DNA of 64,000 nt. It comes from Cyanobacteriota bacterium (GTDB taxonomy: Bacteria > Cyanobacteriota > Cyanobacteriia > Cyanobacteriales > Nostocaceae). The DNA lies in the NCBI GenBank assembly GCA_046045965.1, contig JBJOKS010000020.1, positions 1 to 64,000 of the forward strand, in the 5' to 3' direction. Below, piece by piece: positions 54,321 to 63,634 of this stretch. A program made the translations under genes and the position numbers. Each line of letters begins with the position of its first letter. The first letter of the stretch is position 1. The notes under the pieces are model-generated. The model made no database searches and had not been told where the DNA came from. It saw nothing but the letters and a program-made list of their open reading frames with translations.

Positions 54321-56264
54321 ATGAAATCTTGGTACTGGGGTGCTACCTTGGGTTTTATCGCTTTATCTGTCACCAGTTGCAATAATAAACCAAAAACACC
54401 GGGAGAAATCGGCAACCTAGCGGGGGAAAGTGTAGTTTTAATCAGCTATGCAAATAAATCAGGACAAGGGACTGGCTTTTTTATTAGAGGAGAAGATAAA
54501 ACAGTCTGTACAATACTCACAGCGCGTCACGTCGTCCCCGGTAGTGCGAAGTTGTTAATTAGCAAAAACCAAGAAACTATCGCGCAAAATACCCAAGTTA
54601 TTAGCGTTAAACGGTTCTTGAACCAAGATTTAGCAGTTGTGACATTTAAACCTGATAGTGGAAGTTGTCCTTATAAAACTCTCCCCTTCGGTAACTCTGA
54701 TAAAATAGCTTTGGGAGATGTTATCTACATCACTGGGTTTCCTGCTAATAGTCCAGATAGGCAATTTGTAGATGGTAAAGTTTCATTAATTTCTAGTCAA
54801 GCAGACGGTTATAAAATTTCTTACACTGCAACCACCGCAGGGGGAATGAGTGGTGGACCAATAATGAATATTTATGGTGAGGTGATAGCAGTACATGGAC
54901 GTTCTGCACCAGAATTATTTAAACAAGCTGAACTTAAAGGAGAAGCAGCACCACCGGAACAGCAATCTAATTCACAACTTGGCAGTGATTCTTTTAAATG
55001 GGGAATACCGATTAATACTTATATAGCCAATATTAACCAAGTTCCAGCAGAATTGGTAGCAGAGCAAAAAGCAATAGATTTGGTTAATGAAGGTAATGAT
55101 TATGCGGTTAATAACAATTATCAAGAGGCTGTTCAATCTTATGATAAAGCTCTGAATATTACACCTAATTTGCCGGAAATCTGGAATAATCGGGGTCAAG
55201 CATTAGAAAAAACACAACGTTATCAAGAAGCTGTTCAATCTTATGATAAAGCTATTGCGCTGAATCCGAAGAAGCCGGAAGCTTGGAAAAATAAGGGTAA
55301 TGCTTTAGTTAAGTTAAAACGTTATCCTGAAGCTGTTAAATCTTACGATAAAGCTATTAGTATTAAACCTAAATATGCGGAAGCTTATACTAATCGAGGT
55401 CAAGCTTTAGAAAAGGCTAAACGTCCGCAGGAGGCAATAAAATCTTATAAAAAAGCTATTACTATCAATCCTGACTATGCTGATGCTTATAATTATCTGG
55501 GTTTTATTGTAGGTTCACAAAACCGTTATCAAGAAGCATTAATTTTTTTTGATAAAGCTATTGCTATCAAACCTGATTATTCTTTAGCATGGTATAATCG
55601 AGGTGTTGCACTAGGAGAATTAAACCGATACCAAGAAGCTGTAGAATCTTATGACAAAGCAATTCAGGCAAATGGTGAATGGGGTGAGTTGAATCCTGCG
55701 GATGCTTGGTATAATCGAGGTATTTCACTAGTTAATTTAAAAATATACCAAGAAGCGATCGCATCCTACGATAAAGCTATTGCTATTAAACCTGACAAAT
55801 ATGAAGCTTGGAATAATCGAGGTGTTTCACTAGCTAATTTAAAAAGATACCAAGAAGCGATCACATCCTACGATAAAGCTATTGCTATTAAAACTGACGA
55901 ATATGAAGCTTGGAATAATCGAGGTTCTGCCCTAGATGATTTAAAAAGATACCAAGAAGCAATCGCATCCTACGATAAAGCTATTGCTATTACACCTGAC
56001 AAAGATGAAGTTTGGAAGAATCGAGGTGTTTCACTAATTAATTTAAAAAGATACCAAGAAGCGATCGCATCCTACGATAAAGCTATTGCTATTAAACCTG
56101 ACAAATATGAAGCTTGGACTGGTAGAGGTATTGCATTGGCATTATTGGAACGTTACGATGATTCACTCAAATCATTGAACAAAGCAATTAGTATTAAGCC
56201 TGATTATCAACCAGCAATTGAACTTCGCAAGCTGGTATTACAACAACTGGGACGGTCAAATTAA
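54321..56264 (+). CDS. Lipoprotein with trypsin-like serine protease domain and about 11 TPRs
   Basis: Lipobox LSVTS-C; catalytic triad LTARH / DLA / GMSGGP; TPR array. Confidence 0.9.
   Translation: MKSWYWGATLGFIALSVTSCNNKPKTPGEIGNLAGESVVLISYANKSGQGTGFFIRGEDKTVCTILTARHVVPGSAKLLISKNQETIAQNTQVISVKRFLNQDLAVVTFKPDSGSCPYKTLPFGNSDKIALGDVIYITGFPANSPDRQFVDGKVSLISSQADGYKISYTATTAGGMSGGPIMNIYGEVIAVHGRSAPELFKQAELKGEAAPPEQQSNSQLGSDSFKWGIPINTYIANINQVPAELVAEQKAIDLVNEGNDYAVNNNYQEAVQSYDKALNITPNLPEIWNNRGQALEKTQRYQEAVQSYDKAIALNPKKPEAWKNKGNALVKLKRYPEAVKSYDKAISIKPKYAEAYTNRGQALEKAKRPQEAIKSYKKAITINPDYADAYNYLGFIVGSQNRYQEALIFFDKAIAIKPDYSLAWYNRGVALGELNRYQEAVESYDKAIQANGEWGELNPADAWYNRGISLVNLKIYQEAIASYDKAIAIKPDKYEAWNNRGVSLANLKRYQEAITSYDKAIAIKTDEYEAWNNRGSALDDLKRYQEAIASYDKAIAITPDKDEVWKNRGVSLINLKRYQEAIASYDKAIAIKPDKYEAWTGRGIALALLERYDDSLKSLNKAISIKPDYQPAIELRKLVLQQLGRSN
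55701..56118 (+). repeat. Four near-identical 102-bp TPR-coding tandem units
   Basis: GCTTGG.ATAATCGAGGT...TACCAAGAAGCGATCGCATCCTACGATAAAGCTATTGCTATTA recurs at 102-bp spacing. Confidence 0.9.
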
Positions 56265-56354
56265 ATTTGAATTTAAAACATAAAAATAAATTCCTGTATT
56301 TGTATTTCCAACGCAGCATAATTACAGGAATTAATTATATTCTGCACAAAAAAA

Positions 56355-56966
56355 TCACTTTGCTTTCACCTTCAGGTCATCTTCAGCCAGAAAATTTTCC
56401 ACATTCACCTGAGACAACTTTTCAGGTTGACTTCCACCACCAGAACTTTGAACTACAGTTCCCCCAGTTCTGAGTGCAGTTGTCATATCTAACAGGGAAT
56501 TATAACCATCAGCACCAGGCTTGAGAGTCACCAAAATATTACAATTTCTAGGGTCAATTTTCGTGATAGCGCAAATTACAGATTGCTTAGGCGTATTTGG
56601 GTCAGGACGATGACTAAAACCAATTAAACCACCTTGGCGAAACTTTTCCAAACGTTCTGTTATTTCTTCACAGCGTTTCTCACTATTCCAGTCTCCACCA
56701 AAGCTGTTAACCATCCTCAACCAAGGCCTTCCTATTTTGCCATTAGAATACATAACTGACCAAACCTGACCACCTATCTCTGGTGCAGGTACGTAAACGC
56801 AAGAGAAAGCGTCCTCTTTACCAAATACTTCTGGTACTTCTGAAGTCGAAGCAGTGTTAAATGAGTAAAACACAGTTAAAATCACAACACCGATAACAGA
56901 CCCAATCCCATAAGCAATCAAATGTACCCTGTTAAATCTAGACATAGAAACACTCCACATCCGCAC
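56355..56966 (-). CDS. COP23 domain protein
   Basis: FSC, FGGDW..EKRC.EI..R, VICA and C..LVTLKP motifs; N-terminal TM helix. Confidence 0.85.
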   Translation of the reverse strand: MRMWSVSMSRFNRVHLIAYGIGSVIGVVILTVFYSFNTASTSEVPEVFGKEDAFSCVYVPAPEIGGQVWSVMYSNGKIGRPWLRMVNSFGGDWNSEKRCEEITERLEKFRQGGLIGFSHRPDPNTPKQSVICAITKIDPRNCNILVTLKPGADGYNSLLDMTTALRTGGTVVQSSGGGSQPEKLSQVNVENFLAEDDLKVKAK

Positions 56967-57101
56967 GTAGCACTGATATTATTAATATACGGCATATATT
57001 AGATTTATTACTGAAATTTTATAATTGAGAAATATTAAGATTTACCAAATAACATTGTCTGAATCAGGATGTCCAGGATTTAAGGATTTTCAGGATTTTG
57101 A

Positions 57102-57293
57102 TCAATGAAAATTTTGATTTTTTTCTTTCTCCAATTCCAATAATACCTTAGCTACATCTTCAGCAATTTCTATGGCTTCTTGTACTGTTTTACCTTCTGC
57201 CACTAAGCCTTGTAAATCATCACTTGTAGCTACAAAATATTCTTGTTCATCTTCAATAAATCTTTCAATTTTGAGTCGAATTAGCGTTTGCAT
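57102..57293 (-). CDS. Orphan HicB-like (DUF1902) antitoxin, possibly truncated
   Basis: YFVATSDDLQGLVAEGKT..EA motif; no adjacent HicA. Confidence 0.75.
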   Translation of the reverse strand: MQTLIRLKIERFIEDEQEYFVATSDDLQGLVAEGKTVQEAIEIAEDVAKVLLELEKEKNQNFH

Positions 57294-57430
57294 TTAGTTA
57301 ACCTTGATAGTGAGTACAGGAATAAATGGTACTGTTGATATTATATTTCTCCGCGTTCTCTGCGCCTCTGCGTGAAAAAACAAAGACACAAAAACCCTTT
57401 GCGTCTTTGCGTCTTTGCGTGAGAAAATTC

Positions 57431-59542
57431 TTAACCTACCTTAGCAACATAAGGACTGGTCAACTTATCCAACTGCTGCACCAACAAACTCAAAAACAGA
57501 CCCACATCCGTCACCACACCAACAGATTCAATTGAACCGCGATCGCTCAATTTCGTCACTACCGCTGGGTTAATATCCACACAAACCATCTTCACCCCTG
57601 CTGGAGTCATATTCCCCACCCCGATAGAATGCAGCATAGAAGACAACATCAAAATCATCTCCGCACCTTCAATGATTTTAGAATATTCCTGTTGTGCTAA
57701 AATCAGGTTCATTTGGGTATCTGGTAAAGGTCCATCATCCCGAATTGAACCAGCGAGGGAAAAGGGAATGTTATTTTTCACACATTCATACATCACCCCA
57801 CTTTTCACTACTCCCGCATCTACAGCTTTAGCGATGCTACCAAAACGGCGGATAGTATTAATTACCTTTAAATGATGTCGGTGGCCACCACGCACAGCTA
57901 CACCGCGCTTCATATCCACACCCAGGGATGTTCCCAGCAGGTTTTGTTCCATATCATGGACAGCGATCGCATTTCCGCCCAAAAGACCCTGTACGTAACC
58001 TTCTCGAACTAAGCGACAGAGATGTTCACCGCCACCTGTGTGAATCACCACTGGTCCAGCCGTGACAACTACTTTACCACCGCTATCCTTAATTTTACGT
58101 AATTCCCAAGCCACTTGTTCAACGACTAATTCCACCCGTCTTTCGCTGGAAACACCGGAAGACATAAAGCTGAATTCCTGGGAGTTGCGTTGTTCTCGTG
58201 ATTCGGCTTTGCGGATGGTGCGAATACCTAAAACATCAACTACAACGCGATCGCCTATTTCTAAATCACGCAATAGTTTACACTTAGCTACTATACCATT
58301 AGCAGTTTGAGAAATGGCGATCGCTCCATCCATGCGTTGATTCTGCACTTTCAGCCATTCCCCATTTACCCGGATTTCAGTGGGATAAATCGTGCTGACA
58401 TAGAAATCATCAGGAGCCACACCCGCTTGGATCACAGGTTCTAATTTAGCATCCCGTTCATCTTGGGGTAAATCAACCGCACCCAAATCAATCAACTGAG
58501 ATATAATCTCTTCCATCACCTCATGGGATGGTGCAGATACCCTAACTTCAGCCGCAGATGTACTTTGACGTTGTTCTCCCAAGTTGAATTTGAGAACTTG
58601 GAAACTTCCCCCCATTTCCACAATTAAATCTAAAGCGCGGTTAATTAAACCTGCATCTAGTAAATGTCCTTCCATGCGAATGACACGACTTTCTACAGAT
58701 GCGATCGCGTGAATTTCTTCACCAATAGGTTCTGTTACCCGCAAAGTCAAGCATTTAGCCGCACCACCAGCTTTGAGAAATTCTGTTAATGGTGTTTCAA
58801 TAACTTGAAAACCAACTTCAGCCAAACGTGATTTTAAATTATCACTGGCTTTGTTCATAATCACGATGCTTTCCACATTCACCGCATTACAAGCGAAGTT
58901 AACAGCATCAGCTTCTTCAATAGCGATTCGCTTTTCCGGTGCGACGCGCATTTCTATTACACGGTTAGAGTAGGAGTCAAACGCACCGGGATAATACAGC
59001 AAATAACCATTTGCCAAAGGACAGAAGCAGGTATCAAGATGATAAAAACGCTCATCCATTAACCGCAGAGAAATCACCTCAATGTCCAGCCATTTAGCCA
59101 GGTAGGGGTGAGAATCTAATTCTGACCGAAAACCGTATCCAGCCCATAACCACCGCCCTTCTCGGTCTAAGAGTGCGTCACCAGCACCTTCAAAGGGCAG
59201 GTCTTTGGGAAGTGTGTAAACATTAAAACCATTATTTTCAAACCACTGTTGAAAATACGGTTCTTCACCTTGGCGTTCTTTATGTAAAAAGCGGCTGAGA
59301 ACGACGTTTTCACCGAGAACTAAACCCGCATTGGCACTGAATACCATATCAGGCCAGCCTTTTTGGGGTTCAACTAAATCAACAATGGCATGATTTTTGA
59401 TAACATTGTATAATTTATTCCATTGTTCCACAGCGCGATCGCGTGAGGATTTGTGAATATTCCCTTCCATCCACGGATTAATCACATAATCTACATCGTA
59501 ATGGTCGGGAGCGCACATCAAAAACCGAATTTGGGAAACCAT
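57431..59542 (-). CDS. argZ: Arginine dihydrolase / ornithine cyclodeaminase (ArgZ/AgrE)
   Basis: Amidinotransferase motifs INPWM, PDMVF, EGAGD, YHLDTC and GGAAKC, fused to a LOR/SDH-like GHLLD region and a GGNAIAVHD domain. Confidence 0.95.
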   Translation of the reverse strand: MVSQIRFLMCAPDHYDVDYVINPWMEGNIHKSSRDRAVEQWNKLYNVIKNHAIVDLVEPQKGWPDMVFSANAGLVLGENVVLSRFLHKERQGEEPYFQQWFENNGFNVYTLPKDLPFEGAGDALLDREGRWLWAGYGFRSELDSHPYLAKWLDIEVISLRLMDERFYHLDTCFCPLANGYLLYYPGAFDSYSNRVIEMRVAPEKRIAIEEADAVNFACNAVNVESIVIMNKASDNLKSRLAEVGFQVIETPLTEFLKAGGAAKCLTLRVTEPIGEEIHAIASVESRVIRMEGHLLDAGLINRALDLIVEMGGSFQVLKFNLGEQRQSTSAAEVRVSAPSHEVMEEIISQLIDLGAVDLPQDERDAKLEPVIQAGVAPDDFYVSTIYPTEIRVNGEWLKVQNQRMDGAIAISQTANGIVAKCKLLRDLEIGDRVVVDVLGIRTIRKAESREQRNSQEFSFMSSGVSSERRVELVVEQVAWELRKIKDSGGKVVVTAGPVVIHTGGGEHLCRLVREGYVQGLLGGNAIAVHDMEQNLLGTSLGVDMKRGVAVRGGHRHHLKVINTIRRFGSIAKAVDAGVVKSGVMYECVKNNIPFSLAGSIRDDGPLPDTQMNLILAQQEYSKIIEGAEMILMLSSMLHSIGVGNMTPAGVKMVCVDINPAVVTKLSDRGSIESVGVVTDVGLFLSLLVQQLDKLTSPYVAKVG

Positions 59543-59783
59543 AAAAAATTTTACTTCGCTTTTCAGTAATCTCTTCTGGATACAGAGTTTTGGTGTTCTA
59601 CTTCTGTCAAATCTGCTACTTTATCGCTACCTTCTGTTTTTGGTAGGCTTTATCTGGCGATCGTTCCTATTCTATTACCACTGGGGACAATGTGAGAAAA
59701 TAATGGAAAAAATGTGTTATTGGAGATGTTATAGTGTGGCTAATAACCGTTTAGAGAAAAGCATAGATATTGAATAACTATTT

Positions 59784-60590
59784 ATGAATACTGAAAACCG
59801 AAAAGGACTTAACGAGGCTTTTGCTGTTTTTTTTGAAAATCCCAGTCGTGATTCACTACGTAAATTATTAATTGATCATACAGGTGAACATGATGATTTA
59901 GATTTTAAAAGTGAATTTGAATTAATTGCTCCGCCAATTTTAGCCAAACATATTATAGCAATGGCAAATAAATCAGGTGGTGTAATTATTTTTGGAGTTC
60001 AGGAAACAGAGAATGGTAAATTTGAGTCTGTAGGAACTGAATTAAATGATAAAACTCATTTTTTAAGAGATATTAATGCTTATGTACCTGATAAATTAAG
60101 TTATGAGGTAATTGATTTTAATTTTAATGAAATTGAGTATACAGAAATAAAAGGTAAATCATTTCGAGTAGTTATTATTGAATATTCACCGGAATATATT
60201 CCTTTTCTGTCTAAAAAAGATGGGGAAGGTATCAAGAAAAATTTGATCTACGTTCGGAAAAATGCCAGTTCAGATATGGCTGAATATAATGATTTGCAAG
60301 ATATTTTTAATCGTAGGTTAGAAACAAGTTTTTCATCTGCTAGAGAAATATCATTAACACAGCATTTCAAAGAGCTAAAAGAGATTTATTCACTAATTAA
60401 AAAGGGATTTTGGTATGATCCTACTATTTTCTCTAAAATTGACCTAAATTTAAATTGCGATTCCTCCTCAAAATATATAGATAATCCTAAATATCCAAAA
60501 GAAGATTATGATGATTTTGTGGTGAGAATGTTGACTTTGAAAAAATCAGTAATCGAATCAATAATAAAATCAGATAAATTTTTTAGATAA
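59784..60590 (+). CDS. AlbA_2 / Schlafen-like domain protein
   Basis: GEHDDLDFKS, IIAMANKSGGVIIFGV and IYVR motifs of the AlbA_2 family. Confidence 0.85.
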   Translation: MNTENRKGLNEAFAVFFENPSRDSLRKLLIDHTGEHDDLDFKSEFELIAPPILAKHIIAMANKSGGVIIFGVQETENGKFESVGTELNDKTHFLRDINAYVPDKLSYEVIDFNFNEIEYTEIKGKSFRVVIIEYSPEYIPFLSKKDGEGIKKNLIYVRKNASSDMAEYNDLQDIFNRRLETSFSSAREISLTQHFKELKEIYSLIKKGFWYDPTIFSKIDLNLNCDSSSKYIDNPKYPKEDYDDFVVRMLTLKKSVIESIIKSDKFFR

Positions 60591-60650
60591 CACACATAGC
60601 ACCCAGTTTCACACGAGAGATGCTGCATTAACAGTCTTAATAATAATTTT

Positions 60651-61553
60651 TTAATTAATATTTATTCTCTTTTTAACTAGTTCACAAAGTTGTTGAAAAT
60701 CATCAGGCTGTTCACTAAGAGGCCTTCTTAATAAATCCTTAACAACAGCATTTGTTGCATCTTTACCCGTTATTCTCTTCCCGCTGGTATCTTCCACTAT
60801 AAAACATTCATTAACAACGGTAGACAATAGTTTTTTACCTCCCATTAAATTTATCCAATTACCATACCCAATTTCTAAATTTTCGCTCTCTCCATAAAAT
60901 TCATTAAGAATTATATTTAGTTTCTCCTCAATATTTTGTATATTTGTATATTGACATAAATCTTGTTGACGTTGGGAAAACTCCGGTATTTTTGTGGTTA
61001 AGTTTCTAATTGCATCTTCTTTAGTTTTAAAATCATTAACTTTATCAAAATTCTTAATCCACTTCTTTTTAAATTCTTCTCTACAGCCAATTATGACGCT
61101 ATTCGCAGCTTCAAAAAAAACTCGTTCACGCGCAACCCGTAAAAGACACTGTTCTATTTTTTGACGATCACAATTAATATAAGAACTTTTCATTAAATAA
61201 TCTATAGAAAGAAAATAATTTTCAATTTCTCGTTTCCTCCATATTAATAAATTATTTTTTGTTTCATCTGGAAAATTAGACCATGTACTTTCAACTTCTT
61301 CATTAGAACAATAATCTCTATCAATAATAAAATAGTATTCAGGGTGATGTGGATGCAAAGCTTCTGCTGCACTTCTGATATGAAAAGATGCACCAAGGGG
61401 TTTAACATCCACAAAAATATCATTATTAGTAAAAAGTGTATTTATGATAAAAGGATCGATTGAATTATCATCCTTACCTTCTACAAATATAACGTGACTA
61501 GCTCCTTGTTTAACCTTCTCCGAACGAACATTAGTTGTAACTTTAATCGTCAT
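60651..61553 (-). CDS. Stand-alone OLD-type TOPRIM nuclease (DUF4435-like)
   Basis: IFVEGKDD, IIDRD and REIENY motifs; ATG at 61553 overlaps the ATPase end, with GGAG upstream. Confidence 0.8.
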   Translation of the reverse strand: MTIKVTTNVRSEKVKQGASHVIFVEGKDDNSIDPFIINTLFTNNDIFVDVKPLGASFHIRSAAEALHPHHPEYYFIIDRDYCSNEEVESTWSNFPDETKNNLLIWRKREIENYFLSIDYLMKSSYINCDRQKIEQCLLRVARERVFFEAANSVIIGCREEFKKKWIKNFDKVNDFKTKEDAIRNLTTKIPEFSQRQQDLCQYTNIQNIEEKLNIILNEFYGESENLEIGYGNWINLMGGKKLLSTVVNECFIVEDTSGKRITGKDATNAVVKDLLRRPLSEQPDDFQQLCELVKKRININ

Positions 61554-62676
61554 TTGATCCATCTCCACCAGATGATAGGAGAATACGTCTATCAGCATCT
61601 ACTGAATCAAAAATATCCTCAGAATGAGTAGCAATAATATATTGGTTGTTTGGTGCAAGTTGATATAAATTATGGACAAACCGACGATGCCATTCTGCAT
61701 TAAGATGTAATTCAGGTTCATCAATCATAACTATTCCCGGATAACGATCTGTATATTTCCAAATCAGAAAAAGAGTTGATATGATTTCTTTTTGTCCAGA
61801 ACTTAATCCGTCAAAAGTAAAAGATGCACTACCATTTGTTGGAGTAATTCTAAACTCAATAGTATTATCCGGCGATGGACGTAACTTTTCAATAGTACCA
61901 GATGCGTATCGGCTCATTAATTCATTTAATGTTTCTATAACTCTCTCCGATTCAGTATCATCTATATTTTCAAACAGACCACCTCGACTCATTAATGAAC
62001 GCAAAATTTCTAGTTTAAATGTGCTGATAGGAAGCTCTGCTCTGACTCTTTTTAATCTTCTATATGACTTATCTTCAACCATCATTCCTAGTTCTAAACC
62101 ACCTTCTTGAATTTTTCTATAGCTATGAAAATAGATAAAATGTGGAAGTAGAATTGGTTCTGGACTCAAACCTACTAACGAATAAAAGAATCTTTCGATA
62201 TTATCACTCGTATAAAATAACTGAAAATGGTTTTGAGTTAAGACTTGTTTAAATGCTGAAGTATCAGTATTAATTTTAAAATTGCCAGTACGAGAAATTT
62301 GTAAATTTACGCTAAATTTTTGATGATCAACAAAAAAGTCACCACTAATATTTGCATCTTCTTCACCGCCTCTAATTAAGAGGTCAGGAATATTAATGGA
62401 AATACCAGGTGAAAGAAATCTATTCAAAGATATTTTATCTTGAGATGCTGCTAAAAATAGCAATGCACAAGACTCTAATACTGATGTTTTGCCCAGTCCA
62501 TTACGACTACCCATGACGATGATATCTGGATCACCTTTTAATTGTGGGACTGGAAAATTAAGCTCAATATCATCTAATCCCTTAAAATTTCTGATTTTTA
62601 AATTTCTAATCTTAATAGATTTATGTTGCTTATCAGATTGAGTGTGACCTTTATTAATTTCTATTTGATCAGTCAT
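61543..62676 (-). CDS. ABC-type (AAA_15/AAA_21) ATPase
   Basis: IRNFKG, Walker A GSRNGLGKTS, signature LSSGQK, Walker B MIDEPE, H-loop ATHS. Confidence 0.92.
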   Translation of the reverse strand: MTDQIEINKGHTQSDKQHKSIKIRNLKIRNFKGLDDIELNFPVPQLKGDPDIIVMGSRNGLGKTSVLESCALLFLAASQDKISLNRFLSPGISINIPDLLIRGGEEDANISGDFFVDHQKFSVNLQISRTGNFKINTDTSAFKQVLTQNHFQLFYTSDNIERFFYSLVGLSPEPILLPHFIYFHSYRKIQEGGLELGMMVEDKSYRRLKRVRAELPISTFKLEILRSLMSRGGLFENIDDTESERVIETLNELMSRYASGTIEKLRPSPDNTIEFRITPTNGSASFTFDGLSSGQKEIISTLFLIWKYTDRYPGIVMIDEPELHLNAEWHRRFVHNLYQLAPNNQYIIATHSEDIFDSVDADRRILLSSGGDGSNDD

Positions 62677-63139
62677 ACACCTGTTCCTCTTTTCTTTCTA
62701 TATCAATTAGATTAACTAAGATATTCCTTGATTATTCAACCTCATACCAGAAGATTAGTCCAAAAATAAAAATAATTTGCACCAAATACCTATTTTAGTC
62801 CGAACGCTCACCCGTAGAGTATGCTAACAAATTTTAATGGGATTTCTACTGTTATTTTGGGTTTGAATGAAATTGGTGGCAACACTGAGATTAACTTTGG
62901 TGATAAAACTCTGGCTATCCTTAATGGTATTACGAGTTAAAATGTTAATATCACCCAATTTGTAATTTAAAGCTGGTGATAGAGATACTTACTGTTAGAT
63001 TGTTAACATAACGATATGTAACAGTTTTTGTAACTTCTCCCTGAAAGTTAATTTCCGTGCCATGATGGGAGTTGAGAAGTAATTCGGCGACGGCGTTTGT
63101 TTTTAACATTGATGGTTTTTTTCCTTTTGGTATTTACAG

Positions 63140-63190
63140 ACTTTTCTCCGAAACCTAAATCTCTACACTCTTATGATTTTGGAGAAAAGC
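63140..63190 (+). promoter_or_regulatory. Conserved rbp 5'-UTR element able to sequester the ribosome-binding site
   Basis: TTCTCCGAAA pairs with TTTTGGAGAA (RBS); AACCTAAATCTCT box between them, as in cyanobacterial rbp leaders. Confidence 0.65.
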
Positions 63191-63191
63191 T

Positions 63192-63506
63192 ATGTCAATT
63201 TATGTAGGCAACCTCTCTTATGAAGTTACCCAAGATACTCTAACTGCGGTTTTTGCAGAATATGGTTCTGTAAAGCGCGTTCAACTACCTACTGATCGTG
63301 AAACAGGAAGACTACGCGGTTTTGGTTTTGTGGAAATGGGTACAGAAGCAGAAGAAACAACTGCTATTGAAGCACTTGATGGTGCTGAATGGATGGGACG
63401 TGATTTAAAAGTGAACAAGGCCAAACCCAAAGAAGACAGAGGTGGTTCTTTTGGTGGTGGTAATCGCAGTGGTGGTGGCGGTGGTTATAATCGTAATCGC
63501 TACTAA
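63192..63506 (+). CDS. RRM RNA-binding protein with Gly-rich tail (Rbp family)
   Basis: IYVGNL (RNP2) and RGFGFVEM (RNP1) motifs. Confidence 0.96.
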   Translation: MSIYVGNLSYEVTQDTLTAVFAEYGSVKRVQLPTDRETGRLRGFGFVEMGTEAEETTAIEALDGAEWMGRDLKVNKAKPKEDRGGSFGGGNRSGGGGGYNRNRY

Positions 63507-63634
63507 GATATAAAATCAAGCCTTTTTGCTAATGCACAGGGTTTAGAAATTTAATTGAATTTAGTAACGGCTTAAGTATGACAAAATAACCATACTTGAG
63601 CCTTTTTAATTGATAATTTCTGGATAATTTGTGA

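Noticed and set aside
55701..56118. Regularly spaced repeats as a possible CRISPR array
   Set aside because: 102-bp in-frame TPR units without unique spacers; no cas genes in the window
59543..59780. NtcA or NrrA site upstream of argZ
   Set aside because: No convincing GTA-N8-TAC or other palindrome found by eye
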